From Octopus vulgaris (Eukaryota): DNA of 64,000 bases. The first letter of the stretch is position 1; each line of letters opens with the position of its first letter. The position numbers and the translations under genes are program-made. The stretch covers positions 35,154,001-35,218,000 of the forward strand of contig OX597818.1 in the NCBI GenBank assembly GCA_951406725.2. Direction: 5' to 3'. This document shows, piece after piece, positions 61,585 through 64,000 of this stretch. The notes under the pieces are model-generated. The model was given only the letters and a program-made list of their open reading frames with translations. It did no database searches and was not told where the DNA came from.

Positions 61585-63120
61585 TAGAGAGTGGGCTGGA
61601 AATTTCATAGGCTAGCTTTGAAGGAGTGACATTAGGGCTGCAAAATCTTGCATGCATTAATTTCGAGCCTTCTTTTTTAACAAGTGCATTGTTTCTTTCC
61701 AGGTAAACTGACATTTGACTGTTCAAAGAAGACTTCAAAGCTAAACTAGTAGCGACTTCTCATGAAAATGGAGAGAATTTCTCATCGTGGTGTTATCAAG
61801 TACCTACAGAAAAATAAAAAAGGGTTTAGCCTCCAATGAAAATCATGTTAATATGGTTGCTACGTTAGGGAATAATGCTCCAGCTTTATCAACAGTACAA
61901 AAGCGGGCTGCTGAATTTAGGAGGGGAACGGAGAGTCTTGAAGATGACCCAAGGACTGGATATCCTGCAATTGCCACCACCGAGGTGGGGACCATGTTCA
62001 CCACATGGTGACGTATGACGGGCAATTGACAATAAATCAGATAGCCAATGCCATAGACTATCCAGTGAGAGAGTTGAGAATATTCTGCACTATGAATTTG
62101 GCATGACGAAGGTTTCTGTTCGGTAGGTGTCACGTCTTCTGGCATCTGATCAAAGGTGCATTAGTCTGATCACATCAGGGCAAAATTTGACATTGTTTGT
62201 GGTAGATCCAGCCGATTTCCTTGAACGTTCCCTAACCCAGGGTGAGTGTTGGGTTCATCATTTTGAGCCAGAGACAAAGAGACAATCCATACAGTGGAAA
62301 TACCCCTTCTCACCTACTCCAAAGAAAGCCAAGGTCATTTCATCAGCAGGAAAGGTGATTGTCTCGTTTTTTTGGGATGCAATAGGCAATGTGTTTATTG
62401 ACTATATTCAAAGGGGCCACACCATCAATAGGGAGTACTATACCAATTTGCAAAAGGTTATCAAGACCAAACACCCAGGAAAACCGATGAAAAGGGTTTT
62501 ATTTCATCAGGACAGTGCTCCAGCGCTCAAGTCCTTGGTTTCAAAGGCTGCTGTGCGTGGTTATGGCTTGGAACTTGTTGATCACCTCTATTCTCTTGAT
62601 TTGGCCCCATCAGACTATGCTCCATATGACTATCATATGTTTCCCAACATGTAAAAACACTTGACTGGGAATCAGTATCGTAATGATGGTAACATCATAC
62701 CTATTTCTTTACTACCCATAAGGGGCTAAACACAGAGAGGACAAACAAGGACAGACAAACGGATTAAGTCGATTACATCGACCCCAGTACGTAACTGGTA
62801 CTTAATTTATCGACCCCGAAAGGATGAAAGGCAAAGTCGACCTCGGCGGAATTTGAACTCAGAACGTAGCGGCAGACGAAATACCGCAAAGCATTTCGTC
62901 CGGCGTGCTAACGTTTCTGCCAGCTGTTGATCATACCTGCTGTTGATGACTTTCTTTGACCAACAGGACGAAAGCCTCTTCACCATGGGAATCAAGCACT
63001 GCAACACCGATGGAAGAAGTGTATGGGCCATAAGGAGACTATGCTGAAAAACATTTTCATTTGGTTACATTCCATGAGAGTATCTTGTTCAGCCCGTGAA
63101 CTTTTCAGCCGACCCTCGTA
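61585..63120 (+). mobile_element. Decayed mariner transposon (transposase pseudogene)
   Basis: HRGVIKYL..STVQK.AAEFRRG.ESLEDDPRTG, WVHHFEPETKRQS.QW, SAGKV..FFWD, LFHQD, YSLDLAPSDY; TIRs ta..gagtgggctggaaatttca / tgaacttttcagccgaccctcgta; stops and frameshifts; SINE insertion at 62701. Confidence 0.92.
62701..62925 (-). mobile_element. SINE family B inserted in the mariner
   Basis: atcatacct duplicated on both sides. Confidence 0.88.
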
Positions 63121-63154
63121 CCTACCTTAAAATGGTACCCACTGCAAGGTTCAC

Positions 63155-63600
63155 TCCTTATTGTGTCGTGGTGGCTGGTGTACTTCAATGAACCCAAGAG
63201 CGCAAGATCCTAGTAGGACCTCCCATGCTGAGCAAACCAAAAGAAAGTGACTAAACTAATATGGATCCCCTTCCAGTGGTAAAAATGGGTTGCATCGGGC
63301 TAACAACCGTACCCAGAAAAATAAAAGCAAAGTTACAGAAGCATCGATGGTAATTCAAAACCAGCAAGACGCCGGAGGGAAAGGTCTTCCAATAGGATAA
63401 CGTCAGACTCTGACTGGCAGTCAACAAGGGAGACAGAAGAGAGGGTGCCCCACATATAGCTGGAGGCGAGATACGGAGGCTGGGCTGGAAAAACAGGGAT
63501 CCAACTGGTGACAAGCAGAGAAGACATTCCAGAATCGGGAACAGCGGAGAAAAACTCGTCGCTGGCTTATTCTCTATAGGAAGCAAAGGGCTCAAGAAAA
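63155..63600 (+). mobile_element. Internally deleted RTE-derived element (5'UTR joined to 3' end)
   Basis: 5' gtgtcgtggtgg...tcaatgaaccc.agagc...gggttgcatcgggctaacaacc (RTE 5'UTR-like), then GCPTYSWRRDTEA-like coding remnant and ataggaagcaaagggctcaag 3' end. Confidence 0.55.
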
Positions 63601-64000
63601 AGATTGAAGTAACACCGTTCGTGCTTTCTCAAAGATATCTGTAATGTCAAACTTGAGAATCGAAATCGGATCGTGGACAAAGGTTTTCTGACGGCTTTCT
63701 TCTATCCAATGGCACTTCATAAAGCTGTAATACATTTCGTTTGGTCACATTCCATGAGAATGTCTTGTTCAGTTTATGACTTTTTCAGCCGACCCTCGTA
63801 TGTACCTTAAAGTGGTACCCGTTGCAACGTCCACTCCTTATTCCACTGAAACCGGAGTAGATCATGCAAAGGAATTATCGATTCCATTAGTACTTGCTGA
63901 TAAAAATGACCATAGCTTGTGTTTAAATAGTTCAAATCCTGTTTCGAAAAGGGAAAAGATCGACGGAACTAGGTCCCCGATACGATAAAGGGTTTCCAAA

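Noticed and set aside
62127-62654. Functional mariner transposase or SETMAR
   Set aside because: Frameshifts, stops, altered catalytic motifs and a SINE insertion; no SET domain.

Overview
Eukaryotic, AT-rich, repeat-dense genomic DNA. The SINE repertoire and microsatellite load look like a coleoid cephalopod, probably Octopus (recognised from memory, not searched). One large + strand gene spans most of the window: a SEL1L3-like (sel-1 homolog 3) gene. I traced 24 GT-AG exons with consistent phases from ATG 8224 to 58237, giving 3063 nt / 1021 codons: signal peptide, LamG/ConA-like domain, then SEL1 repeats. The terminal exon(s) with the TM helix and stop probably lie beyond the window. Introns and flanks hold several tRNA-derived SINE families, a decayed Neptune-type Penelope-like element (RT + GIY-YIG) with many PLE remnants, RTE/CR1/Tx1 LINE fragments, a decayed mariner, hAT/Tc1-type MITEs, foldback elements and microsatellites. 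The most notable unannotated signals are: (i) about ten hammerhead-ribozyme-like motifs tied to PLE terminal repeats and (TA)n tracts, several in the sense orientation of the SEL1L3 pre-mRNA; (ii) a SINE that has retrotransposed as variable-copy multimers with a fixed, self-complementary junction; (iii) a long foldback element with a telomere-like spacer. Nearly all ORFs in the supplied track are microsatellite or SINE artefacts.
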